From positions 95,480,001 to 95,544,000 of the forward strand of contig OZ024740.1 in NCBI GenBank assembly GCA_964016885.1: a stretch of 64,000 nt of DNA, given 5' to 3'. The notes beneath the pieces were generated by a model. It did no database searches and was not told the origin of the DNA. It saw only the letters and a program-made list of their open reading frames with translations. Below are positions 15,353 through 30,000 of this stretch, piece by piece; position 1 is the first letter of the stretch; every line of letters starts with the position of its first letter. Made by a program: the position numbers and the translations under genes. This DNA comes from Eledone cirrhosa (lineage: Eukaryota).

Positions 15353-16983
15353 CTTCCTTATATATCGAATACCTGATAAAATCACCGGATTCATATGGCA
15401 CCCAGTCATTGAAATGTGCATAGTATAATAAATCTTTCATGGATTTACACCTGTCTAGCCTCCTGTTATTTTTATTGATAATTAACTCCGTATTCGCACC
15501 ACCAACTCCACAAACAAAGACGGGTGAAATGCACTACTTGAGTACTCTCCACAATATTACACCAAGATTGACCATACGGAATTCTATCCAGTGGTAAACC
15601 AACAAACCTAATGATATACATATATATATATATGTGATGAAACAAAATCTAAAGGCAGATATATATATATATATATATATATATATCTGCCTTTGGATTT
15701 TTTTTTTTTTTTGCAAGATTCCTTACCTGAAAACGTGTGTTGAAACAGCTAATATAATACTTTGTTAAAAAAAAACAAAAATAAAAAATTAAAAAATGGT
15801 TGTTTATGTACTGCCAAAGCCATTTCGTCACACATTCTGGGACCTCCGCAGTTACTAATTTGTTGTTTTGTGTGTCCTTTGTATTCTGTCATACACAATC
15901 TTGATGTGTTTGTTGTGTGCTGACACACGATAAGGAGCACATATTGTGTTATCTGCAGTTATATTATATAAAAGTGCAGGTCGGTTAATGTCTTTTTAGT
16001 CTCGTCATTTAGGGTACTGGTAGATGAGCATATGGACTGCATTTGTTGTGTACGATATTTAAGCTGTCATTTTCAATATTGGCTTAGCAAAGTGTAGTAG
16101 TAAGCTGAGAGGAAGAAAGTGTAGTGACTCGATTTTAGGTTCCCATGATATGATGTTAGTTGGTGAAGCGTTTATTATATAATCCTGCAATGGCGTTCCC
16201 TAGGTTTGTGGTAGTAGAGCATGAGATTCGAACAATATTTTCTATTATAGACACTATGGTATCTCTGCGATAGCAGCTAGTATTTGTTTAATAATTCAAA
16301 GAAGGTATACGATAATTTAATCTTAATTAAGTTATTAAATTAAGTGTTATACCATAGGCATGATCTACAGTTGGAACGACTGTTTTTATGTTAGCTAGAG
16401 AAATTATTCGTGAGATGTCATTTATTTCATCGGCTGTGAAGCTCGAGGGTTTAAAACCTTGAAATATATATATAATATCCTCATAGCCACATTGATATAC
16501 ATTTCTTTTAAGCTGTCATTTTAATATGATTGCATATTCAATTATTCAGTATTCAAATATACGATTTCAAAATAAGTGGTTGCGTTATTCTCGGATTGTT
16601 TTCTGTCATTGTCTTATTAGACATAGCTGTTGCATATGGAATCGCTCCCGTAAGTTTTTGATTTTTACTTATTTAAAACGACTGTGATAGAATAATTCTT
16701 ATTAAAAATGAAGTATAAGATTACAGTTTTGACGCTCAGCAAGCGTCAACCCATCACGTTACGGCATAGGGTCCCAATATTTAATACTTAATTTTGGATC
16801 AGAAATGTTATAGTCGAAAAAGAGAAATATGGCTAAGTGGACAGACAGGCAAATACTTTCACCACCAACATCACCACCGCCACCATCACCACTACCACGC
16901 CAAAAACTTTAGTCAAGATACCTCAACTTCTATTTCTACTTCAACTTCAACACTACCACTATAGTACTACGATCACATCACAA

Positions 16984-17200
16984 CCACCACTGCCTCATTA
17001 TCGCTACCACCACTATTCTCTCCCAATACCTCCTGATAAGTACTACTAGCACAGCACCGCCACCACCACTGCCTCATTATCGCTACCGCCGATATTCTCT
17101 CCCACTACCTCCTGCTAAGTACTACTAGCACAGAACCACCACCACCACCACTGCCTCATTATTGCTAACGCCGCTATTCTCTCCCACTACCTCCGGCTAA
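16984..17200 (+). repeat. Tandem minisatellite, ~80 bp x ~2.7
   Basis: ccaccactgcctcattat...ctattctctccc..tacctcc recurs at ~16984, 17063 and 17145. Confidence 0.85.
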
Positions 17201-17469
17201 GACAGGTATCGTAGTATTCCCACTAAAAGAGGAAGGCAGCACAATGTATAAATAGACTGATTTGATGACCCGGTCAAAGAATAGAAAAAACAAAAATCAA
17301 AATCAAAACAGCACAGCAACGAAAAACGTAAAGAAAAGAAAAAAGAAAAGAAAAACAAACAGACAGAAGGACAGACAAGAAAAAAAACTACGTCAGACAT
17401 TCAAACATTACATTACAATGAAACTTATGCTTATTCTTTTTTGGGGGATTTTACATGTTTCTTTGTTTA

Positions 17470-20400
17470 TTTATATTCGTCTACAGCGTGATAGTGCCAC
17501 ACTAAAAACACCGGGGGTGATGAAATCACCGGTGGTTATGTAACCATACATTCACCAATCCTCGATAAGTGTTTTTAAATGTCGAACATAAACAGTTCGA
17601 ATAACAGTGAAGTGGTGACTGGAATGTCCTGTGACAGACTGTCACCCAGAAGGTGTTCCCTGGCTCAGCAGCAGGGATCTGGCTGTCAACCAAATACTGC
17701 TGGTGTCGGAGGAAGAAGAAGAAGGAAAGGGACAAGAACCAACTGGACGAAAGAATTGAATAGAACTGTTACGCAATGTTACCTGAAGAGTAACCCCAAG
17801 AAAAAAGGGTATAGGAAACGGATGCATAACATCTGGAACGGAATTGGTCTATTTAAATTAGATGAACAAAAATTGGCCGGGCAGGGTCGGGTAATAAGAA
17901 CGAATGGGTGGATAAGCGAGCTGGAACTAGCGGAACTGAGCAGAGAGATTAGGTTGGAAATGGAGAGTGGTGTATGCCAGGCAAACGAACCAGTGGGAAA
18001 TGAAAGTGAAGAGGTTGAGAGAACGGAGGAACCATCCGAAGCAGACAATGATCTGAATGCTGAAATAAATAATACCTGGAACAAAGATACGGCCATTGAG
18101 GAGATGAATGCTGACGGGCTAGGACAAGATTTTGTTTGATATCCTAAACTTAGTGGTAGATGAAATGAACAATGATAGTGGGAAACCTATGAACCTAAGA
18201 TTTGTAGACAGGAAAAAAGTTAAAAGAAACAACAGCTAATGTAAACAAAGTCATCCCATGCCTTGAGACGAGGAGCCTTCACCAATGCAACAATAGCCTC
18301 AAAGCAACAGCAAATGCGGTGAGGAAATTACTTGGCATAAAAGCGAGAGGAAACAACAAACACGAAAGATCAGAACCTTGGTGGAAGAAACGACTGAATG
18401 GTCAAATCAGAGAAATGAGAAATTACATTGGAAAGCTTGAGTCCCTACTGAATGGACACTAAAAAACATAGGCACTAAACATAGACTGGAAATAAAGTAC
18501 AAAACTAGGAGGAAAACTCTAAATATTATCATAGAGGAACTGAAGCAACGGATTGTAGCAAAGAGTGCAACAAGTAGGCCATACAAGAACAGAGTCAGTC
18601 AGTATAGACAGAACCGCATGTTTGACAACAACCAGAAAGTGTTGTTTGGACATCTTGAAGAGAAAGAAAGAGGCAACGACTTGATCTCTGAGGCGGAACA
18701 AACTAAGATATTCTGGAGAGGAATATGGGAGCATGATGTTAAACATAATGACTAGGCAGTGTGGATTGAAACAGTACAAAAGGAGATTAGTGAACAGGCA
18801 CACCTAAAAACTGATTTGAGTATCACAGTTGAAACTCTTAAGGGGCAGGCCAAAAAACTAACCAACTGGAAACCACCAGGCCCTGATGGTGTGCAAGGGT
18901 ATTTAATTAAAAATATAACATTCCTCCACCCGAAACTGTCAACCATTTTCAATGACTGCTTGATGTCAGGTGAAGTACAATAGTGGTTGACAAAAGGTAC
19001 CACAGTTCTGGTAATGAAAGACTGAATCAAGGGTAATGATATTACCAACTATAGACCTATCACATATCTGTCCGTAATGTGGAAACTGTTGAAAAGCATT
19101 GTGTCTGAGGAAATCTACCATCACCTCCACACAAACAACTTGTTACCGGACCAACAGAAAGGATGCCGAAGGAAGGCCCGTGATACAAAGGACCAGTTAC
19201 TTATTAATAAGATGGTAATGAGGAATTGCAAGAGGAGACACACTGCTCTTGCCAGGGGATGGATAGACTACAAAAAGGCATTTGACATGTGCCTCATTCT
19301 TGGACCACCAAAAATCTAGAGATCTTCAAAGTGGCAAATAACATCAGACAGTTGTTGAGCAAAAGTATGAAGTCCTGGAAAACAGAGTTAACATCAGCTG
19401 GAGAATCCTTGGAAGGCGTGAAGATCAAGAGAGTTATCTTCCAGGGAGATAGTCTGGCCCCTCTGTTGTTTGTCATTGCCCTGATGCCCCTGACCATTAT
19501 AGAGCGAAAAGAGAGAGCAGGATACAAGTTGGGAAAGGGAGAGCTTACCGTCAATCACATCCTCTTTTTGGACGTTCTTAAGCTCTTCGGGAAGAGTGAG
19601 AAGGAGATGGATGTGCTTGTTGACACTGTCCGTATTTTCAGCAATGATATATGTATGCAATTTGGTATCAGTCAGTGTGGATTCCTTGTGATGAAGAGGT
19701 TTTAATTAGCAGAAGAAACGTAATCCAGGTACCAACTGGTGAGATGATAAAGGAAATTGACACTGAAGAAGGATACATGCATTTGGGTGTTCTGAAGACT
19801 GATGACATCAAGAACAAAAACATGAAGGAATTGATAAGTTCTGAATACATTCGGAGAGTAAGGAGCGTAGTAAAGTCAAATATGTACAGTAGGAATGCCA
19901 TAAGTGCAGTAAATTCCCGAGCTGTGTCTATACTGTGTCTATAGTGTGCGGGAATTCTGAGATGGAGTGTTGTTGAACAAAAAGAAATGGATAGGAAGAC
20001 AAGGAATCTATTGACTATCTACAACATGTTCCACAAGAGGAGTGATGTCGATAGGTTATACTTAAGGAGATCTGAAGGTGGAAGAGGTCTTATCAGCATA
20101 GAGGACTGTGTTCAGATGGAGAAAAACAACCTACACAAATACGTGACTGATAGTAAGTGGTCAATGCTCAGAATTGTACTGAAGAAGAGGACAATAGACC
20201 AGGGGATGTCCAAGGAGGAAATAACAAGGAGAATGAGCAGCCTTCATGAAAAATCCCTTCATAGTAACTTATTTGAGAAAACTGAATTCAGAGATCCACA
20301 GACATGGAAATGGTTGAAAAGAGGAGACCTTAAAAAGGTTACAGAAGGAATGCTAATGGCTGCGCAAGAGCAGGCCCTCAATACGAAATGGTTGAAACAC

Positions 20401-21084
20401 CATATTTACAAGGAGGAGGCTAGCCCACTGTGCAGGATCTGTGAAGAGAGAGAGAGAGGAGACTGGGGATCACATTGTATCCGAATGTTAACACCTAGCC
20501 CAGACTCACTATAAAGGCTGGAGACATGATGTGATGGGCAGGTAGATCCCCTGCCACCTATGCAAGATAAACAATTTACCACATTCTGAGAAGTGGTATG
20601 AGCATAAGCCAGAGGCGGTGATAGAAAACTATCAGATGAAGGTGCTGTGGGATTTTAGGATACAGACTGACAAGAAACTGGAACACAATAGACCTGACCT
20701 GGTGGTTTTGGACAAAGAAAAAAGATCGTGCCTGATTGTGGAAGTGGCCTGCCCATTCGACACAATAGTGCAAGAGAAGGAGAGGGAGAAAATTAACCGA
20801 TACCAGGACTTAAAGTGGGAGGTATAAAGGATTTGGAACTGCAATGAATTCAAAGTGGTCCCGATTGTCATAGGCGCACTAGGTACAATCTCAAAAAGTT
20901 TCCAGGCATGGTTAAAGAAAATTGGTCCCGCGACGCTTTTTGGAACGCTTCAAAATGCATCCTTGCTAGGGACAGCAAGAACACTCCGATACGTCCTGAA
21001 TATCTGAGGCTGCAGGTAGTGGCTTGATATTCATTTCAACAAACTTTCCAGTTAACTAGCATCAATGACTGAGACTCAAAGAAC

Positions 21085-21123
<39 letters not shown>
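17470..21123 (+). mobile_element. Dong/R4-clade non-LTR retrotransposon, near full length, pseudogenised
   Basis: ATG at 17579; N-terminal WTKELN..CY..GYRKRM..W domain; RT motifs KPPGPDG, QKG, DYKKAFD, FQGDSL; RLE end CRIC, RHD, PDLVV, EVACP, EK..RY; stop at ~21007; (TAA)n tail 21086-21123. Many stops and frameshifts. The 5' boundary is approximate. Confidence 0.92.
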
Positions 21124-21125
<2 letters not shown>

Positions 21126-24100
21126 TTTCATGTATTAGCCACAAGGTCCGACATGTATGGGACAATACAAAGACAGGGACAGTGGGTTTTACAAAAAGGT
21201 CGAGTAAAAGTGCACAGTGGCAAGTCTAATTCAACAATGAAAATATAAAAATATAAAATAAACTATGCATAAATATAACAAAATAAATACCCCGATAGGG
21301 TGTGGACAACCTTAGGGTGACTCGGGTACCCCACCAATCCTGAACCACCCTACGCTTATAGGGCACCCAGGGAGAGTACCCCTCTTCTCAAGTTAGGCAG
21401 CCTATAGGCGCATGGTCAGAGTAGGCCCATTCACAAGAGCCATTCTCGCCACATTCACCCACCTTTTAGCAAATGTACTGGGGGGCAGCACTTCTCCCTC
21501 CACCCTCATCTTCCTTTCCAGGTGAAACTTGAAGAAGTTGATGAGGGATTGGCCGAATAGAAAAGTGTCTGTCGTTAGTCCTTTCAACATGGTCCACCAT
21601 ATAATCTCTTTCGCAACTGCCACTAGACAGAGGAAAATATCCTGCTCTTCCTAACCTAATGAAGGCGGTGGATCGATCTTCACTATGGACTCGGCCGATA
21701 GCCGGATTCGTTCCATACGCGACAGTAGCTGTTCGACATAACTCCACAAGTCAGTAATGCACGGACATTGGACAAGTGCGTGCAGAACGCTTTCGTCGTT
21801 GTGTGCGCATCTTGAGCAGGTCCGTCTGACAGCACTTCCGTGCCTGTAGAATTCATCCCGAACCGGCAGTGCCCCTCGGTAGCACTGCCAACCGAGGGAT
21901 TTCTGGAAATTGTCCATCGTCCCCGGCTCAAAAGTCCTCCGGTACAGACTGGTCAATTCGACTTCGTCGAGGCCCAAACCTTCTCCGAGTGCGTCATCGC
22001 ACTTGCCCACCACTAATCCTCTATAGAACTCGAGAGTGGAAGTACCACTGATCGCATTGTCCGCTTGGTAGAGGGCAGTGAGTGCCTGGCCAAATTCCAG
22101 GTGCCAGTCACCCAGTCTCGGTCTCTTCTTGACCCACAACTGCAGCTCAGTCAAAGAAATGAGCTGCGGAAAGGCCCGTCTGATAAACGGCGACCACACC
22201 TGTTCACCGTTGAGGCAGAATATCTGGAGATGTCGCAGCCTCAACGCTTGTCTGCGCATCATTAGCCACAGCATGCCCAGCCCTCCGCGTAGAGGGTGCT
22301 GGCAGCAGATGGACCGCCTCACCAACGGAACTTTTCCCCTCCACAAGAATTTGAAGAGGAGCCATTCCAACTTGACGAGGCGCGGACGGGGCAAGGCACG
22401 ACGATCAGGCGTTAGCAGATGACGGACACGATGTACGCATTCGCCACCTCCGCGCGACCTTTCAGTGATAGCTTCCTTCCAGCCCATTTTTGGGTGAGAC
22501 TGGCTACTCTGCTCGTTACCTCGTCCCAATTATTTTCCACCTGGAGGTCTGGTCCGAACCAAACCCCTAGCAACTTTACCGGTCCGTCCGTCCAGCACCC
22601 CACGACACTGTTGGACGGCATGGGCTTGCCACTCCAAGTTACGAGCTGCAAGCCCACCGCCTTTTCCGGGTTAAATTTGGCTCCTGTCAACCTTTCATAT
22701 TCCTTCAATAAGGTGCCGACCAGTTCGGTTTCTGAGCTGTTCGACACTATCACGGTGATGTCGTCCGCATAAGCCAACACCGCCTTTCCACGTCCCGGTT
22801 GGAGCGGGATGCCCTGCAACAGCTCCAGCTTCCGCAGTAAAGGCTCGAGTGTCAATACGTACAGAAGGGAAGAGAGAGGGCACACTTGCGGACCGATCGG
22901 AAGAGCCGAAATGTTTCCGAGAGGTTGCCATTAACCTTGACCACCGAGCGTGTGCCGCTGTGCATTGCAATGATCCAGCTTCTAAAGACAGGGCCGAAGC
23001 CAGCTGCTTTGAGGACAAACTCCAGATACCGATGGTCGACACAATCGAATGCTTTTGAATGATCTAAATTGATCAGTGACCGACCGAAACCAGGTTTACA
23101 CCCTACCCTCTCTATGATGTATCGCATGAGGTGGAGATTGTCGTGTATGGACCTGGCTGGGATTGTGCAAGTTTGCGCCTCCCCAACTAAATCCTCGACG
23201 ACAAGCGCCAATCTCTTTGCTAACACCTTGGCCAAAATCTTAAACTCTTTGTTGAGCAGAGTTATAGGCATGAAGTTGTCTAATGTATCCCTCTTGTTCT
23301 CGTCTTTCCTTATCAGAATCACCACTCCCCTGCTCACAGAACTGGGAATACTCCCATTATGCTGCCAGTTGCAGTAGAGTGCTTCGAGGAGTCGGGAGAA
23401 CACGTCTGGCATATTTACGTAAAGCTCGTAGGGAAGGCCAACCAAACCAGGTGAATTGCGCCTCATGCAGCCGACATGGGCGTCCTGAATTTCGGCTGAA
23501 GTAATCGGCCTTTCGCAGCGCTCAGCGTCGACCGTCACTGCAACCTTCGTGTTTGGCATTGAAGAAATGGTCTAATGCCATTCTCGCCGCTAGCATGTCA
23601 GTTGCAATGCCACTACAAATAGCCTCGTCTAAATTATCTACCAGCTCCCCCTCCTTTCTATTTTTCTCTATCGCTAGTTCTTTGCTGAACTCTATCGAAG
23701 TTACTCTAATCTCTCTTTTGAGAGCCACCCACCATATGTTGTTGATGATCCCCCCGTCAACTTTTGCTTAACTAAATTGTTGACTCGGTCCCTGTAAGGC
23801 TTACGTGCCGGAAATGACATGTTCATCTTCCAGTAACCCGGTCCTAACCTACGCGTTTTATTTAGGTCGACCGTACAGATCACAAATTTGTGATCTTAAT
23901 AGGCGACCGTTTTCAAAAGTGGACGGCCCACACTGTTTCTATCTATTTTCCTAATGAAGATCCTGTCTATATACGATCTAGTGACCCCATTCGTTTGGTC
24001 CATGTCCATACTGGCACATTGGAGAAATCTGGTCGATACCTCTCAGACAGTTGGAACTGTCTGAGTAGGTGCTTGAGGCTTTTTTACCCCCGCTCCTATC

Positions 24101-26763
24101 GGCTACTACCACACAATCCCAGCGTGCGTCTAAGATGCCATTCCAGTCCCCCGCTAACAGTAAAGGGTGAGACGTACCCAGAAAGGTCTCCAGGCGCCTA
24201 AAGAAGTCAGGTCGTCCGGTACCTGTAGGGGCGTGGACGGCCAGCAGTCTAAAGGCACCACCGTCGGTACTGCTCACATCCAAGACACCAACTTACCGTC
24301 CGGGTCCCGGGAGATCGACCTTACCTCGAGATCCAGTCCTTTTCTAAACAGCACTGCCACCTCACGCCCCATTCAAAACCTGCTAACAGAAGCGAAGATC
24401 TGATAGAAGTCGAAAATGGGGGCTAGTGCGCGCGTGTCGGAAATTCTGGTCTCGTTTACGACAATCACATCCATTTCCAGCGACCGGAGTTCGTTGAGCA
24501 GGCGACCCTGCTTCCAGGGTGACCCCAGGCCACGAATATTTAAACTTCCTACTCTTAATATGGCCATATTGGTAAGCTAAGAGAGAGAGAGAGGGAATGT
24601 TTACTTACCTCCCGGGTCTTGTGAAGGTCGGGTGGTTCGACCTCCATGGTTGGTGAGGTTTCTTTCGGGAACCCCTTTAAAAGTCTTGATGTGGTTTTCA
24701 CATTCGGGGTTTCCGCGTCTTGAGGAAAGCTCTCTCGAATTTCTTTGAAGGAATCGAGTGACATTAGGACCAGAAGCAAATCTTTTGGCACGCAAAATGT
24801 GCTCATTTCAAAAATCTCCCCCTCTGTTTGAATGTCCTCGCTTCGCGCTAAGAGGGCCATCAGTTTATCGTTGGTCCTTCTGACAAGCACGTAGTTTTTA
24901 ACATTGTGTTGGTGCGGTTTCATTTGTTTTCGTTTTGGTGACTGTGGTGGCGATGGTTTTGGTGGTGTTGTTTCGGGTATGTCTATGTTTGTTGTAGGTG
25001 TGGTGTTTGCAATTTCAGGTATTTGTGTGTTTATTTGTACTTGTGTTTGTTTAGGTTGTGTGCGTTTCGGTGATTGTGGAGGTGGTGTCGATGTTGTTGT
25101 TGGTGACGATGTTATTGGGGAAGTGTTTGCGTTAGTGGTGTCTGTATTTTTTGATGTGTATGTTTTTGTGTTTCGTTGGGATTTTTTTGTGAATTTTCTC
25201 TGTTTTTTGCACTTTGGGGTTTTCCTTCACCTTCGCTGCTAGAAGACAAAGGGTCTGTGTCTGTGAGTGTCTCTGTGTCTGTGTGTGCGTTTATAGTTTT
25301 GTCTATGTGTATAATTGGGGGTTAGGGGGAGTCGGAGAGCTTTCCTCGTGTTCTCCTTGGATTGGTTTTGGTGTTGGTGGTGATCCGGCTGCTTTTGATG
25401 TTGGTGTCCGTGTTTTTGTTGGTGGTGATGGTGCAGCTTTCCGTGCTGATACTGGCGTTGGCAAGAAAGGAGGTTTGCGACCTCCTGCATTTTTGCGCTG
25501 AGGGCCGAAGGCTTGAAGATGCGTTGCTTCCCCGCAGACGAAGCAGCGTGGCCTTCTTCCGTCAATGATTAGTTGGAATGTTGTCCCGTCCTGCGGGCGG
25601 GCAAAATCCGGGATGTTATTCATATCATCTGGTTTCATCTGGAGAAGAATCTCCAAATCCATTCCGGACCAGTCCTCTCTCTCTGTCCTTTTGATGTCCA
25701 GGATGGTAGTGTCTTTCCCCTCATCGATTACGCATCCCAGCAGCCACCATATGTTCATTCCTGGTGAGATGCTGAGAATGCGTATCTTTAGTGTCCTTTT
25801 ACCCATGTAGGACGGATGCATGATAATGCATTCCGTTCTGCAGGGCTCACCGAGTGCTTAATAGCGAGGGCCTCGGTTTAGAACAGTACCGAGATGGTAC
25901 CGAACTGTTTGCCTCTTGCTTTATACTCTATGTTACTTCCGATGTGCTCCAAAGCAGCCACTACCTCTGCTTGGCTCGCAAATTCCACTTTTCGTGTCTG
26001 CACCGAAATACATCGAAATAACACCGTCTTCCATTGCATGGCCGCTATTGCCTCGTCCGGGATGGTCAGGTTTGCCCAGGATTTCTCCCGTTTAATTAGC
26101 CTCCACCCTTTGGCCAACTGTTCTTCTTTATCGCTAATATCAATATCAATATTCAATAAGCGCTTTGTTTTTGCTGCTGCTGCAGAAATGTGGTGTTTCT
26201 GATGCTCTTATTGTTGGTGTTGTCATTCTTGCTGTTGTTATTGGTGTTGCCACCGCCATCCGTGTTTACATTGAAGCTGTCGGTGTTATTGTCGTTATTG
26301 CTCTGAGTTCTTGTTGTTGTGGTGGTGGTGGAGGTGGCGTGGTGGTGATGTCGTTTTCAGATGATACTGCTCCTACCACAGAAGGTTGTGATGGTAGCTT
26401 TTTAGTTTTGCCTTCACATTCACTAGAGTGGATGACAGGCATGACTGTAGCCGTCGTAGTCGTGGTGAAATCTCCAGTGGCTGCCTTTAAACTTTTGACC
26501 TGAACGTTGTTTACCGTTTCAAGGTCGAAAATTTCCATAATTTTATTTTGGTGGGGTAGCGATTTTTTTCGAAGTTTTTAAAAATAAATCTGAATATTCT
26601 GGCTTAAAGCCCGAATATTGAGAGGTGTCCCTCTCTTTAAATCAAGATGTGTATCTTAAGTTTCGTTAACGACAAGAAAATACAAAAAATGACACTTTAA
26701 AACAGATTAAAGTTACGAACCTTTTCACCCGCAGATTTGTACTGTCTTCACACATGTGCAGCC
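21124..26763 (-). mobile_element. Tx1/L1-clade LINE copy 1, full length, degenerate
   Basis: ORF1 fragments 26538 to ~24555 include CFVCGEATH. ORF2 from 24567 has APE motifs (VGSLNIRGL, VNET, AGDWN), RT motifs (SPG..G, PITLLN, AYADD) and a C-terminal CSRC..H..C. It is bounded by (TAA)n on both sides. Confidence 0.92.

Positions 26764-26813
<50 letters not shown>
26764..26813. repeat. (TAA)n tract at the Tx1-Tx1 junction; equivalent tracts at 21086-21123 and 32709-32759
   Basis: Pure trinucleotide repeat at each element junction. Confidence 0.97.
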
Positions 26814-26814
<1 letters not shown>

Positions 26815-27056
26815 TTTTCTTTATTAACCACAAGGGTTCACATAAAGTAGACATTAAAGACAGTACAGGACAATACAGGACGGTACAAATGGGCATTTCT
26901 GCGTGTAAAAAAACAGAGGTTGAAATAAAATAACAAAGAAAAATTCCCCAATAGGGGGGAGACTTCCAAGGGACATTTGTGGAGAAAGCCCATTAAAAGA
27001 CCACAGTGGCCCTGACCACCAGGGCAAGTGCCCTCTCCCAGTTTTCCACCTTTAAT

Positions 27057-30000
27057 TTACAGACACATACTCAGAGAAGGCCCATTCATTCGGGCCATAC
27101 TTGCTTCTCTCACCCATCTTTCAACAAAATGCTGGGAAGAGAGCACTTCCCTCTCTACCCTGATTTTCCTTTTCAAATGAAATTTGAAAAAGTTAATCAG
27201 GGCATCACCGAAGAGGTAAGTGCTCGTCTTCAGCCCTTTCAAACGTGTCCACCATACTATCTCTTTCGCCATGGCCACCAGACAGATAAAAACTGCCTGC
27301 CCTTCCAGGCTAAAGGAAGAGGGTGGGGCAATCCTCACGATGGACTCAGCTGATAGCCGGATCCGTCCTACACGTGACAGCAGGTGTTCGACATAAACCC
27401 ACAAGTCAGCAATGCTCGGACACTGGACGAGTGCGTGCAGGACGGTTTCGTCGCCCTGCGCGCATCTCGGACATGCCCGGCTGACGGCACCTCCATGCCT
27501 GTAGAGTTTATCCCGAACAGGCAAAGCTCCTCGGTAGCACTGCCAGGCCAGGGATTTCTGGAAGTTGTCCATAGGCCCCGGCCCGAAAGTCCTTCCGAAG
27601 AGATTGGCTAGTTGATTTTCGTCGACGCCTAGAGTTTCTCCAAGTACGTCGTCGCTCTTCCCCTCCACTAATCCCCTATAGAACGCCAAGGTGGAGTTTC
27701 CACCGATCACATTGCCCGATTGGTCGAGGGCTGTGAGCGCCTGAAGACATTCCAGTCTCCAAGCGCTCCCTCTCGGTCTTCGCTTGACCCAGGACTGCAG
27801 CTCCGTCAAGGAGACGAGCTGGGGAAAAACGCGTCTTGCAAACGGCGACCACACCTGATCACCGTCGAGGAAGAGGTGGAGATGTCGTAGCCTGAGCGCG
27901 TGTCTGCGCATCATCAGCCACGGCATGCCCAGCCCTCCACGTAGCGGGTGTTGACAGCAGATGGACCGCCTGACCATCGGAGCGCGTCCCTTCCACAAGA
28001 AGCGAAAGAGCAAACGCTCCAGCGCAGTCAGGCGGGGCTTAGGACAGGGTACGACGGTCAGGCGGTAGTAGATGACGGATGCGATGTACGCATTCGCCAC
28101 CTCCGCTCGACCTTTCAGGGATAGCTTCCTCTCGGCCCATTTCTGGGTGAGAGAAGCCACCCTGCTCGTCACCTCGTCCCAGTTTTTGTCCGTCTGGAGG
28201 TCTGGACCGAACCAGACCCCTAGCAATTTAACCGGTCCGTCCGTCCAGCGCCCGACGACGCTGTTGGACGGCATGGACCTGCCTCTCCAGGTGCCGAGCT
28301 GCAGGCCCACTGACTTTTCCTGGTTGATCATTGCTCCTGTCACCGCTTCGTATTCTCTTAGTGTAGTACCGATCGCCTCGATGTGTTTGGCGTTCGACAC
28401 CACTACGGTGACATCGTCGGCATATGCTGACACGGATCTTCCGCATCCTAGTTCGCGCGGGACCCCCCCTCAACGTCTCCAGTTTGTGCAGTAATGGCTC
28501 GAGAGTCAATACGTACAATAGGGACGAGAGGGGACATCCTTGGCGGACCGAGCGCATGATGTTGAACGGTTCCGAAAGGTGACCGTTCACTCTCACTACA
28601 GAGCAGATGTCGCTGTGCATGGCAGCGATCCAGCCTCTGAAGACGGGCCCAAAGCCAGCCGCCCTCAGGACTGCCGTTAGGTAACGATGGTCGACCCTAT
28701 CGAAGGCTTTCGACTGATCTAAATTGATCAAAGACCCACCCGTGCCAGGTTCCCTAGCTACTCTCTCTACGATGTATCGCATGAGGTGGAGGTTGTCGTG
28801 GATGGATCTGTCGGGAATGGCGCATGTCTGCGCCTCTCCCACCAGACCACCAACGACAAGCGCCAACCTCTTTGCTAGCACCTTGGCCAAAATCTTGAAC
28901 TCTGTGTTTAGCAGAGTTATGGGCCTAAAATTATCTATGTTATCCCCCTTCTTCGGATCCTTTCTCAGCAGCGCCACCGCTCCTCGGCTCACAGAGCTGG
29001 GAATTCTCCCGTTCTGTTGCCAGTTGCAGTAGACGTCCGCCAAGAGGCCTCCGAACAAGTTTGGCATTTGTACGTAAAGTTCATAGGGGAGACCATCCAA
29101 ACCAGGCGATTTACCCCTTGTGCAACTAGTCATTGCATCCCGTACTTCAGCGGTTGTTATCGGCTTTTCGCAACACTCCGCCTCAGTGGCCGAAAGCCGC
29201 GGCAGTCCGTCGAGGTAGACACTAAAGTCCATCCCTCGATCCGGCCCGCCACTGCCCCCGAACAGTTGAGCGAAGTGTCGCTGAAAAGCTTCACACATTT
29301 TCCCGGGATCGAGTAGCATGCGCCCGTCGTGGTCCACCAAAGACCGGATCGTGGCTTTGTTTCCACGACGCACCTCCGCCACTCGGGCCCATTGAACGGC
29401 GTTCGTCCCCTCGTGTCTGAGAGCACGCACCCTAGCTCTGACAACGCAGCCTTCGTGCTTTGCATTGAAGAATTGGTCAAGGGCCAATTTCGCCGCAAGT
29501 ACGTCGGTCGCGATGCCTTTGCTAAGCGCCTCATCTAATTTTCTAACTAATTCTCCCTCTGCTCTATTTTTCTCTATTGCTAAAGTCTTACTAAACCTAA
29601 TGGACTCTATTCTAATTGCTCTTTTCAGAGCAAACCACCACTTGTTGTTGACGATGGCCCCCGTCAACGCCCGCTTAACTAGTTCGCTAATCCGGTCTCT
29701 GTAGGCCTTGCGCGCTGGTAAGGACGCGTTTAGCTTCCAGTAGCTGCGTCCTCGTCTATGAAGCCTATCTAAGTCAAGCACACAGATCACGAATTTGTGG
29801 TCCGTGTAGCCGACTATCTTGAATTGTGGACAGCCTATGCTAGACCTATCTATTCCCCTACAAAATACTCTATCTAGATATGATCTGGATGACCCTATGC
29901 GATTTGTCCAAGTCCACATTGGTACATTCGGGAAATCCATTCGGTACCTGTCAGACAGTTCAAAACGTCTGAGCAGGTTGGTGAGACTCTTGCACCCTCC

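Noticed and set aside
16984-17200. CRISPR-like array (also 54703-54750)
   Set aside because: Whole units repeat with no unique spacers; eukaryotic context and no cas genes.
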